DNA of 32,000 nucleotides from Synechococcus elongatus PCC 6301 (GTDB lineage Bacteria; Cyanobacteriota; Cyanobacteriia; Synechococcales; Synechococcaceae). Every line of letters starts with the position of its first letter. Position 1 is the first letter of the stretch. Below are positions 10,458-19,262 of this stretch, piece by piece. The notes beneath the pieces are model-generated. The model did no database searches. It was not told where the DNA came from and worked only from the letters and a program-made list of their open reading frames with translations. A program made the position numbers and the translations under genes. Location of the stretch: contig NC_006576.1 in NCBI RefSeq assembly GCF_000010065.1, positions 1,410,001 to 1,442,000 on the forward strand, given 5' to 3'.

Positions 10458-11890
10458 TTGCCTCTACGTCGATCGCTAAACCAACGGTCATTGTGGGGGG
10501 TGGCTTTGTCGGCCTGTTCTGCGCCCTGCACCTACGCCATCGCCATTACCCAGCGCCGATCATTTTGATTGATCCCAAGGATCGCTTCATCTTTCGGCCA
10601 CTCCTATTCGACTTCCTCAGTGGTGAACTGAGCGACGAGCAAGTCTGGCCGCGCTACGAAGAATTGCTGCAGGGCAGTGAGGTGGAGTTTATCCAGGATG
10701 CGGTCAGCGCCATCGATTTGGTCGAGCGATCGCTGACGACAGCCCAAGGTTTGACGTTTGATTACGGGCACTTGGTACTGGGTTTGGGAGCAACCCAAGG
10801 CTACTTTGGCACACCGGGGGCGGCCGACTATGCCTTTGCCTTTCGCGATCGCGATCATGTCGTGAAGCTGGAGCAGCACCTGCGGCAGCGGCTGCAAAAA
10901 GCCAGCCAAATCCACGATCGCCAGCAGCGCCGAGACCTGTTGACCATCGCAGTGGTGGGGGCAGGCCCCTCCGGGATTGAGATGGTGGCCCTCTTGGCCG
11001 ATTGGCTGCCGCTGCACTATGGCCGACTGGGCGGCGATCCCCAAGACCTACGCCTGATCTTGGTCAATCGCAGTCCAGAAATTCTCAAGGGCGACGCCAA
11101 TGCCAGCCTGCACGACCTGGTCTTGGAAGAGCTGCAGCAGCGCCAAATGCCCGTTGAATTGCTGTTGGGGGTTGCAGTCGAAGCAGTAACGCCAGAGGGA
11201 TTACAGTACCGCCGGTCGGGAACGGACGCCTTGGAACAGGTGCGGGGCACCGTGATTTGGACAGCAGGGGTCAGCAATAATCCACTTTTATCGCAGTTGG
11301 AGATTCCCGCCAGCGATCGCGATCGCCATGGCATGCCCTACGTTTTGCCGACCCTGCAACTCCTGGGCTATCCCGAGGTCTTTGCGGCGGGTGACTGCGC
11401 CGTGGTCAAGGAGCAGCCGCAACCCGGACTGGCGCAAGTGGCCTATCAACAGGGTGCTGCGATCGCCCATAACCTCTTGGCACTCAGCCATAATCAGCCC
11501 CTCAGTCCTGCCAAAGTCAGCCTGCGTGGCACCTTGATGGGACTGGGGATCGACAATGCGGTGGCCAATCTGCTGAATCGCTACCGTGTCACGGGCAAGC
11601 CCGGATCATTGCTCCGCAAGGCAACCTACTTGGAGCTGTTGCCGACTCCACTCCACAACTTCAAAGCAACCATGGACTGGCTCTCGGATGAGCTCTTTCA
11701 GGGCCACAGCGATCGACCCCAGACGCTAGAGCAACGGGAAGCTGGCATCAGCCGCGCGATCGCGATCACGATCGTTAGTTTGGTGGCAATCCTCGGCGGC
11801 TTCTTTGCCACTCGACTGCTGAACGAACCGCGATCGCCACAACCGCCGCAGTCCATTCCCACACAACCTGCGGCACCGCCCACGCCCTAA
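10454..11890 (+). CDS. Type II NADH dehydrogenase (NAD(P)/FAD-dependent oxidoreductase) with C-terminal TM helix
   Basis: 478 aa ORF. FAD-binding GGGFVGLFCALHL, NAD-binding VVGAGPSGIEMVALLADWL, VFAAGDCAVV. C-terminal hydrophobic AIAITIVSLVAILGGFFATRLL and a Pro-rich tail. Confidence 0.9.
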   Translation: MIASTSIAKPTVIVGGGFVGLFCALHLRHRHYPAPIILIDPKDRFIFRPLLFDFLSGELSDEQVWPRYEELLQGSEVEFIQDAVSAIDLVERSLTTAQGLTFDYGHLVLGLGATQGYFGTPGAADYAFAFRDRDHVVKLEQHLRQRLQKASQIHDRQQRRDLLTIAVVGAGPSGIEMVALLADWLPLHYGRLGGDPQDLRLILVNRSPEILKGDANASLHDLVLEELQQRQMPVELLLGVAVEAVTPEGLQYRRSGTDALEQVRGTVIWTAGVSNNPLLSQLEIPASDRDRHGMPYVLPTLQLLGYPEVFAAGDCAVVKEQPQPGLAQVAYQQGAAIAHNLLALSHNQPLSPAKVSLRGTLMGLGIDNAVANLLNRYRVTGKPGSLLRKATYLELLPTPLHNFKATMDWLSDELFQGHSDRPQTLEQREAGISRAIAITIVSLVAILGGFFATRLLNEPRSPQPPQSIPTQPAAPPTP

Positions 11891-11949
11891 CCCAGCTCAA
11901 TAATCGCGATCGCTATACTGAGGATTGACATTTCTTTACAGTCGAGCCG

Positions 11950-13311
11950 ATGCCCGATTCGACCCTCAGTACCGTCGCCAAGCCCACGTGGCAGCAGCGG
12001 TTGCTGTTTGGTCAAGAACCCAGTCCTGAACTGGCCGCCATCCTGCTGGTCTACTTCGTGCAGGGTATCCTCGGACTCTCTCGGCTGGCTGTCAGCTTTT
12101 TTCTCAAAGACGATCTCGGCCTTAGTCCCGCTCAGGTTTCTGCCCTGACGGGAATCGCAGCGCTGCCTTGGATGATCAAGCCGGCTTTTGGCTTGCTCTC
12201 CGATGGCTTTCCGTTGGGCGGCTATCGGCGGCGACCCTACCTGATTGCCGCAGGTCTGTTGGGAAGCACTGCCTGGCTCGGCTTGGGCACTGTTGTTCAT
12301 TCCCCTGCAATGGCAACGCTGGCGATCGCGCTCAGCTCGTTGTCAGTCGCGCTCAGCGATGTGATTGTCGATTCCCTCGTTGTCGAACGAGCCCGCCAAG
12401 AATCACGATCGGAATCCGGCTCGCTCCAGTCCCTGACTTGGGCCGTATCGGCACTGGGTGGCTTGGTGACAGCCTATCTCAGCGGCTTTTTGCTGCAACT
12501 GTTCGAGACGCGCACCCTATTTCTGATCACGGCGACCTTTCCTCTGATTGTCTGTCTGGTCGCAGGCTGGATTGCCGAAGTGCCCCAAACGATTCAGCCG
12601 GGACTGGCACTGATTCGCGAACAGGTGGGTCAAATTGGCCAAGCCCTGCGTCAGCGCCAAATTTGGATGCCGACGCTGTTTCTCTTTCTCTGGCAAGTTA
12701 CCCCTAGCGCTGACTCGGCGTTCTTCTTCTTCTCGACCAACGAGCTGCACTTTGAGCCAGAGTTTCTGGGGCGTGTGCGACTGGTCACTAACTTGGCCTC
12801 GTTGCTCGGCGTTTGGATTTTCCAGCGCTTCCTGCGGGGGGTACCGATTCGCCGCATCTTCGGCTGGATGATCGTGGTGACCACGCTACTGGGCTTGACC
12901 TCGCTGATTCTGGTCACTCACCTCAACCGCAGTTGGGGCATCAGCGATCAGTGGTTTAGCCTCGGCGACAGCTTGATCCTGACGGTGGCGGGTCAACTCT
13001 CCTTTATGCCAGTGCTGATTTTGGCAGCACGGCTGTGCCCGAGCGGCATTGAAGCAACACTGTTTGCCCTGCTGATGTCGGTGCTGAATCTGGCGCACTT
13101 TGGCTCCGTGGAGCTGGGAGCGCTGCTCACCCATTGGCTGGGCGTCACCGAAAGCCAATTCGATCGCCTCTGGTTGCTAGTCCTGCTGACCAACCTCAGT
13201 AGTTTGCTGCCCTTGCCCTTGCTGGGGCTCTTGCCCGCTGAGGAAGCCGAAACAGTGCCTTCAGACGCGATCGCCTCCGCTGCTCCTGAACCTTTGGTTG
13301 TAACCCAATGA
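11950..13311 (+). CDS. Folate/biopterin transporter (FBT/BT1 family, MFS-like)
   Basis: 453 aa multi-TM ORF. VYFVQGILGLSRLAVSFFLKDDLGLSPAQVSALTGIAALPWMIKPAFGLLSDGFPLGGYRRRPYL is the family signature. Confidence 0.88.
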   Translation: MPDSTLSTVAKPTWQQRLLFGQEPSPELAAILLVYFVQGILGLSRLAVSFFLKDDLGLSPAQVSALTGIAALPWMIKPAFGLLSDGFPLGGYRRRPYLIAAGLLGSTAWLGLGTVVHSPAMATLAIALSSLSVALSDVIVDSLVVERARQESRSESGSLQSLTWAVSALGGLVTAYLSGFLLQLFETRTLFLITATFPLIVCLVAGWIAEVPQTIQPGLALIREQVGQIGQALRQRQIWMPTLFLFLWQVTPSADSAFFFFSTNELHFEPEFLGRVRLVTNLASLLGVWIFQRFLRGVPIRRIFGWMIVVTTLLGLTSLILVTHLNRSWGISDQWFSLGDSLILTVAGQLSFMPVLILAARLCPSGIEATLFALLMSVLNLAHFGSVELGALLTHWLGVTESQFDRLWLLVLLTNLSSLLPLPLLGLLPAEEAETVPSDAIASAAPEPLVVTQ

Positions 13312-14789
13312 CTGCCACTGCTTCTTCTGCCTCGACTGAGACCTTCAGCCGCGCTGATTGGCTGCGGGGTTACGAATCCCAGACCGAAGAACGGGATTAC
13401 TGGATCGACGACATCGAAGGCGAAATTCCAGCTGAGCTAGAGGGCACGGTCTTCCGCAACGGCCCCGGTCTGCTGGAAATTGGCGGCCAAAGCCTGCACC
13501 ATCCCTTTGATGGCGACGGCATGATCAGCGCGATCGCGATTCGCCAAGGTCGCGCCTATTTCCGCAATCGCTACGTTCGTACCGAAGGGTTTCTGGCAGA
13601 GCAAAAGGCGGGCAAGATTCTCTATCGCGGCGTCTTTGGCACCCAAAAACCAGGGGGTTGGCTGGCCAATATTTTTGATCTCGGCCTCAAGAACATTGCC
13701 AACACCAACATCCTCTACTGGGGCGATCGCCTGCTGGCGCTCTGGGAAGCGGCGGAACCGCACCGCCTCGATCCACAGACGCTGGAAACTTTTGGCCTCG
13801 ATCGCTTGGATGGTTTGTTGGCCGATGGTGATCCTTTCTCGGCGCATCCCCGCATCGATCCCGGCTCGGAGCGTACAGGCGGTCAACGGCGGCTGGTCAA
13901 CTTTGCTGTCAAGACCGGCCCTTCCAGCCGCATTCGGCTCTACGAATTTGATGAGTCAGGCCGCTGCGTCGAGCAACAAGAGCGGGTGATTCCGGGCTTT
14001 GCTTTCCTCCACGATTTTGCGCTGACGCCCAACTACGCCATCTTTTTCCAAAACCCGATTCGCTTTAACCCGCTGCCAGCCTTGCTGGGACAGCGGACGG
14101 CGGGGCAATGCTTGGCGAGCGATCGCAACAAATCTACCCAGATTTTGGTGATCCCCCGCGATCCGAAAGCACCGCTGCAGACCTTTGAAACCGAGTCCTG
14201 CTTTGTCTTCCACCATGCCAATGCCTTTGAAACGGCGGATGGCGCGATCGTGGTTGATTCGGTTTGCTACGACGAGTTCCCAATGCTGGAGCCCGATCGC
14301 AACTTTAAGGAAGTCGATTTCGACAGCTACCCACGCGGCGAGTTGTTCCGCTTTACGCTGCACCCTGGCCAACCTCGCGCAGAACGGAAACTACTGGAAA
14401 GTCGCACCTGCGAATTTCCGACCCAGCATCCCCGCACTGTTGGTCAGGACGCCCGCTACTACTACATCGGTGCTGCCGCTGCTCCAACTGGTAATGCGCC
14501 GCTGCAAAGCCTGCTGAAGATCGATCTGGAAACAGGCGATCGCAAGCTCTGGACCGTTGCCCCGCGAGGCTTTATTGGCGAGCCGCTGTTTGTACCGCGT
14601 CCCGGTGGAATTGCGGAAGATGATGGCTGGGTTCTCAGCCTGATCTACGATGCAGCACGCCACAGTTCAGCACTGGTGATCCTGTCCGCCCAGACCTTAG
14701 AGCCCTTAGCTCGCCTGAATCTCAAGCAACACATTCCCTACGGTTTGCACGGTTGCTTCACGCCACAGTATTTCGGCCCCGAAGACTAG
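13308..14789 (+). CDS. Carotenoid oxygenase (RPE65/CCD family), probable apocarotenoid-15,15'-oxygenase
   Basis: 493 aa ORF. GTVFRNGPGLLEIGG, HPFDGDGMI, SAHPRIDP, FLHDFALTPNY, CFVFHHANAFE, GFIGEPLFVPR, IPYGLHGCF. Includes conserved Fe-ligand His contexts. Confidence 0.93.
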   Translation: MTATASSASTETFSRADWLRGYESQTEERDYWIDDIEGEIPAELEGTVFRNGPGLLEIGGQSLHHPFDGDGMISAIAIRQGRAYFRNRYVRTEGFLAEQKAGKILYRGVFGTQKPGGWLANIFDLGLKNIANTNILYWGDRLLALWEAAEPHRLDPQTLETFGLDRLDGLLADGDPFSAHPRIDPGSERTGGQRRLVNFAVKTGPSSRIRLYEFDESGRCVEQQERVIPGFAFLHDFALTPNYAIFFQNPIRFNPLPALLGQRTAGQCLASDRNKSTQILVIPRDPKAPLQTFETESCFVFHHANAFETADGAIVVDSVCYDEFPMLEPDRNFKEVDFDSYPRGELFRFTLHPGQPRAERKLLESRTCEFPTQHPRTVGQDARYYYIGAAAAPTGNAPLQSLLKIDLETGDRKLWTVAPRGFIGEPLFVPRPGGIAEDDGWVLSLIYDAARHSSALVILSAQTLEPLARLNLKQHIPYGLHGCFTPQYFGPED

Positions 14790-14824
14790 CTGCAGGTATC
14801 TAGGCCGCTGGAGGTGAGCGATCG

Positions 14825-15253
14825 TTACTGGCCGCCGATATTGATGGCAGTCCCGCCAAGTGTGGCACCAGCAAGGTTGATGCCCGACAGTTGTGCCCCG
14901 CTCACATCGGCGTGATACATCGTGACGCCGCTGAGGTTTGCATTCCGGAGATCGGCATCCGCGAAGACAGCATTGGTCAGGTAGGCCCGACTGAGGTTGG
15001 CTCCTGTTAAATCAGCACCGGTGAGATCAGCGCCTTCGAGATTCACGCCAGTCAAATTGGCACCGGCTAAATCGGCATTGCGCAGGTCAGCTCCAATCAA
15101 GTGAGCACCTGTCAAATCTGCATCCTGAAGATCACAGCCAGCACAGGCTCCGGTTTCCAGAAGCTGGCGAACCTGAACTGGATTCTCGGCTCGCAGGGGG
15201 GGTGCAATCAAGAGAAGGGCAAGGGCAGATCCCAAAAGGATTGAGGCTTTCAT
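14825..15253 (-). CDS. Exported pentapeptide-repeat protein
   Basis: Start taken as ATG 15253: MKASILLGSALALLLIAPPLRAENP (signal peptide), then CAGCDLQDADLTGAHLIGADLRNADLAGANLTGVNLEGADLTGADLTGANL... A(D/N)LxX repeats. The ORF track starts further upstream, at 15334. Confidence 0.88.
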   Translation of the reverse strand: MKASILLGSALALLLIAPPLRAENPVQVRQLLETGACAGCDLQDADLTGAHLIGADLRNADLAGANLTGVNLEGADLTGADLTGANLSRAYLTNAVFADADLRNANLSGVTMYHADVSGAQLSGINLAGATLGGTAINIGGQ

Positions 15254-15366
15254 GGTGACTCTCCGAACTGGAGCGGCGGGTGAGGAACGACGCTGAGGCC
15301 TTAGTTTTAGTGTTCCCTTGGCGATTGCTTCCAATGCGGTTGAACGCAGGTGGGAGAATACGAATC

Positions 15367-18228
15367 ATGTCTGTAGACTCTCCCCTCTTGCTTCTCGTGG
15401 ATGGCCACTCCTTGGCCTTCCGCAGTTACTACGCTTTTGCCAAAGGTCGCGATGGTGGGTTACGCACCCGCACCGGTATTCCCACCAGTGTCTGTTTTGG
15501 CTTCCTCAAAGCGCTGCTGGAGGTGATGGAGCAACAGCAACCCAAAGCGTTGGCGATCGCCTTCGATTTGGGTGGGCCAACCTTCCGCCACGAAGCAGAC
15601 GAGAACTACAAGGCCAACCGCGACGAAGCCCCCGAAGACTTCAAGATCGATACGGATAACCTCGTCGCGCTGCTGCAAACCCTCAATCTGCCAATTCTGG
15701 TGGAGCCAGGCTATGAGGCAGATGACCTACTCGGCACAGTCGCCCAACGCGGAGCCGAAGCGGGCTATCGAGTACGGATTCTCAGCGGCGATCGCGATCT
15801 CTTCCAGCTCGTTGACCCCGAGGGTGCGATTCGCGTGCTCTACCTCGGCAATACCTTTGGCCGCAGCGCTAATCGAGAAGCCGCCCGTGAGATTGATCCG
15901 GCCGCGGTGATCGATAAGCTGGGTGTACCGCCTGAGCAAGTAATTGATTTCAAAGCGCTTTGCGGTGATAGCTCTGATAACATCCCTGGCGTCAAAGGCA
16001 TTGGTCCCAAAACAGCCGTGGATCTGCTGCAGGCTTGGGGTGATCTCGATCGCATTTACGACAATCTGGAAGCGATCAAACCCGCCGTTCGCAAGAAATT
16101 AGAGAGCGATCGCGAGGCAGCCTATCACTCCCGCAAACTGGCGCAAATCGTCACGGATATTCCCCTAGCGATCGACTGGGATCACTATGCTCTGACCGGC
16201 TTTGATGAACAGGAAGTCTTGCCTTGGCTGGAAAAACTGGAACTGCAAGCCTTCCGGCGACAGGTCGATCGCCTGCAACAGCTCTTCGGGGGCCAGCCAC
16301 CAACTGTCGAAGCACTCAGTGATGAATCCCTCGACTTTTGGACCGCCGAAGAAACTGCTGCGCAGCAACCGCGCTGGCCACAACTGCAGCCTCAGATCAT
16401 CACCACGGCCGCAGCGCTGACTGACCTCGTGACTTTGCTGGAACAGCGCGATAGTCCTGAAGCGATCGTGGCTTGGGACACGGAAACAACCGACCTCGAT
16501 CCGCGCTTGGCGCAACTGGTGGGTATTGGCTGCGCTTGGGGAGAAGAGCCAGATCAGCTTGCCTACATTCCCCTCGGGCATGAGGAAGGCGAGCAATTGC
16601 CGCTCCAGACAGTCCTCACCGCGCTACGACCGATTTTGGAAAGCGATCGCCATCCCAAGGCGCTGCAAAATGCCAAGTTCGATCGCCTGATTCTGCGTCA
16701 CCAAGGCATTGAGCTGGCGGGTGTGGTCTTTGACACAATGCTGGCTAGCTACCTACTCAACCCCAGTCTTGGCCACAGCTTAGATGCTTTAGCCGATCGC
16801 TGGTTAAAGCTGCAAACGCGCAGCTACAGCGACCTCGTCCCCAAGGGCAAAACCATCGCCCAAGTCGCGATCGCGGCAGTTGCACAATACTGCGGCAGCG
16901 ATGTCCATGTGGTGCAGCGGCTGATTCCGTTGCTGAAAGCTGGGATCGCCGAATCTCCGGCGCTTCAATTCCTGCTGGAAACCGTCGAGCTGCCGCTCGA
17001 AGCCGTGCTTGCCGAGATGGAAGATCGCGGCATTCGCATTGATGAAGGATATCTAGCAGAACTGTCGGAGCATCTCAAGGGCGAGCTCGATCGCTTGGAA
17101 GGAGCAGCGCATACCCTAGCGGGCGATCGCTTTAATCTCGGGTCGCCCAAGCAGCTGAGCGAACTGCTGTTCGAGAAGCTAGGGCTGAATGTCAAAAAGT
17201 CCCGCAAGACCAAAACGGGCTACTCCACCGATGCAGCCGTGCTCGAAAAACTCCAGGGTGATCACCCGATCATCGACCTGATTCTGGAGCACTGCACCCT
17301 CGCCAAACTGAAGTCGACCTATGTGGATGCGCTGCCGAGTCTGGTTGCTGCCGATGGACGCATTCATACTGATTTCAACCAAGCGGTGACGGCGACGGGA
17401 CGGCTGTCCTCTTCTAATCCCAACCTGCAGAACATTCCGATTCGCACCGAATTCAGCCGTCAAATTCGCAAGGCTTTTCTGCCCCGTGAAGGCTGGCTAC
17501 TAGCCGCAGCAGATTACTCGCAAATTGAGCTGCGCATCCTCGCTCACCTCAGCCAAGAGCCAGTGCTGCTGGAAGCCTACCGGCAGGGCGATGATGTACA
17601 CCGACTTACGGCCAGTCTGCTCTTCGATCGCGAGGAGATCACGTCCGAGGAACGACGCATTGGCAAAATCATCAACTTTGGTGTGATTTACGGCATGGGT
17701 GCCCAGCGCTTTGCCCGCGAAACTGGCAGCAGCACCAAGGAAGCCCAAGGCTTTATCGATCGCTTCTACGATCGCTATCCTCGGGTGTTTACCTACCTGC
17801 AAAGCCTGGAACGCCAAGCGATCGCCCGCGGTTATGTGGAAACAGTCTTGGGGCGGCGGCGTTACTTTGACTTTGAGGACACTGGCCTCCAGAAGCTACG
17901 CGGGAGCGATCCCGAGAGCATCGATCTCGACAAGATTCGTCCCAGCCGCTTCGAGGCGCAATTGCTGCGAGCCGCCGCCAATGCGCCCATTCAGGGGTCA
18001 AGTGCCGACATCATCAAAGTGGCGATGGTGCAGTTGCAGGCGCTGTTGCAGTCCTATCAAGCGCGGATGCTGTTGCAAGTCCATGACGAACTCGTCCTAG
18101 AACTGCCGCCGGAGGAATGGGACAGCCTCGCACCCCAAATCCAGCAGACGATGGAGCAGGCAGTTCAGCTGACCGTGCCGCTGGCTGTGGAACTGCATGC
18201 AGGCCACAACTGGATGGAGGCAAAGTAA
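15367..18228 (+). CDS. polA: DNA polymerase I (5'-3' exo, 3'-5' exo and polymerase domains)
   Basis: Start taken as ATG 15367 (MSVDSPLLLLVDGHSLAFRSYYAF). WDTETTDLDP suggests an intact proofreading motif. Polymerase motifs AADYSQIELRILAHLS and LLQVHDELVLELP. The ORF track extends upstream to 15280. Confidence 0.97.
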   Translation: MSVDSPLLLLVDGHSLAFRSYYAFAKGRDGGLRTRTGIPTSVCFGFLKALLEVMEQQQPKALAIAFDLGGPTFRHEADENYKANRDEAPEDFKIDTDNLVALLQTLNLPILVEPGYEADDLLGTVAQRGAEAGYRVRILSGDRDLFQLVDPEGAIRVLYLGNTFGRSANREAAREIDPAAVIDKLGVPPEQVIDFKALCGDSSDNIPGVKGIGPKTAVDLLQAWGDLDRIYDNLEAIKPAVRKKLESDREAAYHSRKLAQIVTDIPLAIDWDHYALTGFDEQEVLPWLEKLELQAFRRQVDRLQQLFGGQPPTVEALSDESLDFWTAEETAAQQPRWPQLQPQIITTAAALTDLVTLLEQRDSPEAIVAWDTETTDLDPRLAQLVGIGCAWGEEPDQLAYIPLGHEEGEQLPLQTVLTALRPILESDRHPKALQNAKFDRLILRHQGIELAGVVFDTMLASYLLNPSLGHSLDALADRWLKLQTRSYSDLVPKGKTIAQVAIAAVAQYCGSDVHVVQRLIPLLKAGIAESPALQFLLETVELPLEAVLAEMEDRGIRIDEGYLAELSEHLKGELDRLEGAAHTLAGDRFNLGSPKQLSELLFEKLGLNVKKSRKTKTGYSTDAAVLEKLQGDHPIIDLILEHCTLAKLKSTYVDALPSLVAADGRIHTDFNQAVTATGRLSSSNPNLQNIPIRTEFSRQIRKAFLPREGWLLAAADYSQIELRILAHLSQEPVLLEAYRQGDDVHRLTASLLFDREEITSEERRIGKIINFGVIYGMGAQRFARETGSSTKEAQGFIDRFYDRYPRVFTYLQSLERQAIARGYVETVLGRRRYFDFEDTGLQKLRGSDPESIDLDKIRPSRFEAQLLRAAANAPIQGSSADIIKVAMVQLQALLQSYQARMLLQVHDELVLELPPEEWDSLAPQIQQTMEQAVQLTVPLAVELHAGHNWMEAK

Positions 18229-18411
18229 TCACTCGCTTCATCCACTTGCGATCGCTCTTGACTATCGCTGATGCCCATTCAACGACTTACATGCACACAG
18301 CCTGGCGATCGCCATCAAACCGGTCACTTTTAGGTATGTGAATAAGTACCGCAATTCGTTGCCCGTCGAACATTCTGCACCGGTTTCCGTGTCTAGACTG
18401 AGGGCAAACAA

Positions 18412-18636
18412 ATGACCGAGCAGGAGGTCCGTATGCTTGTTGTCTTAACCGACCGGCATGTGTTGGCCACAGATTGTGTCTGCCAAAACTGTCCGCTAGC
18501 GGATGGCAGTGGACATCCCCGTTGGCAAGCGGGGCGTTTACGCTGTGGTCATGGCCTCGCCAAACAAAATGCCCAACAAGCTGACCAATTCCGCTGCACG
18601 ATGGGCTTCCGGCTGGCGAGCATCCACTTTGATTAG
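18412..18636 (+). CDS. Small cysteine-rich hypothetical protein (start could be ATG 18433)
   Basis: 74 aa ORF between polA and a Tic20-family gene. Cys cluster ATDCVCQNCPLADGSGHPRWQAGRLRCGHGLA suggests metal binding. Confidence 0.6.
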   Translation: MTEQEVRMLVVLTDRHVLATDCVCQNCPLADGSGHPRWQAGRLRCGHGLAKQNAQQADQFRCTMGFRLASIHFD

Positions 18637-18696
18637 GTCGTTAGTGCCAGAAACTGCCGCTAGACTGGGCAAGACGACTCAGCCCCCAGAACTCAC

Positions 18697-19173
18697 ATGA
18701 CTTGGCGCGGTTCTGCCTCACCTGCCGATCGCTTTTTTGCCTGCCTGCCCTACCTGTTGCCGTTAGCAGAGGGCGTGAGCTTCGGCTTTGCGCTATTCAA
18801 TCAATTCCCCGTGCTGCAGTATTTAATTTTGCCATTGGTGCCTGTGCTGCAGCTCTTTCAAATTCCCTTCGCTGGGCTGATTATTTTCTTCCTGCTCTTT
18901 TTCCTCGTTGTTCGCAATGAAAATATCAGTCATTTCATTCGCTTTAATGCGATGCAAGCGATTCTGATTGATATTCTGCTGATTCTGGCAAATATCATTT
19001 TCCAAATGGTGCTGCGTCCTACCTTGGGTGGAGGCTTTATCCTCGAGACGCTGAATAACACCATCTTCTTGGCAATGTTAGTGGGTTGCCTCTATTCGAT
19101 CATCCAATCAATTTTGGGTCGCTACGCAGAAATCCCGACGATTTCAGATGCGGTTTATATGCAAGTTCGCTAG
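18697..19173 (+). CDS. Tic20 family membrane protein
   Basis: 158 aa multi-TM ORF: RFFACLPYLLPLAEGVSFG...FLVVRNENISHFIRFNAMQAILIDILL. Matches cyanobacterial Tic20-like proteins. Confidence 0.87.
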   Translation: MTWRGSASPADRFFACLPYLLPLAEGVSFGFALFNQFPVLQYLILPLVPVLQLFQIPFAGLIIFFLLFFLVVRNENISHFIRFNAMQAILIDILLILANIIFQMVLRPTLGGGFILETLNNTIFLAMLVGCLYSIIQSILGRYAEIPTISDAVYMQVR

Positions 19174-19193
19174 ACCATCACAACTCATCAAGC

Positions 19194-19227
19194 AAAAGGG
19201 CCTCATGCACATCATGAAGCCCTTTTT
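19194..19227. terminator. Probable bidirectional Rho-independent terminator between convergent genes
   Basis: AAAAGGGCCTCATG-cacat-CATGAAGCCCTTTTT: near-perfect inverted repeat with one mismatch, T-run on the + strand and A-run before the stem serving the - strand. Lies between the Tic20-family stop (+) and the aminotransferase stop (-). Confidence 0.8.
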
Positions 19228-19262
19228 GATAGCTGTGCGATCGCAGAAGGATTAACGATTGA

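Noticed and set aside
12168-12707. 179 aa plus-strand ORF within the FBT transporter gene
   Set aside because: Out-of-frame overlap with a convincing transporter CDS; looks like frame-shifted coding sequence only.
15280-15366. Upstream in-frame extension of polA
   Set aside because: The canonical Pol I N-terminus (LLLLVDGHSLAFRSYYAF) begins right after ATG 15367, and the extension has no recognisable homology.
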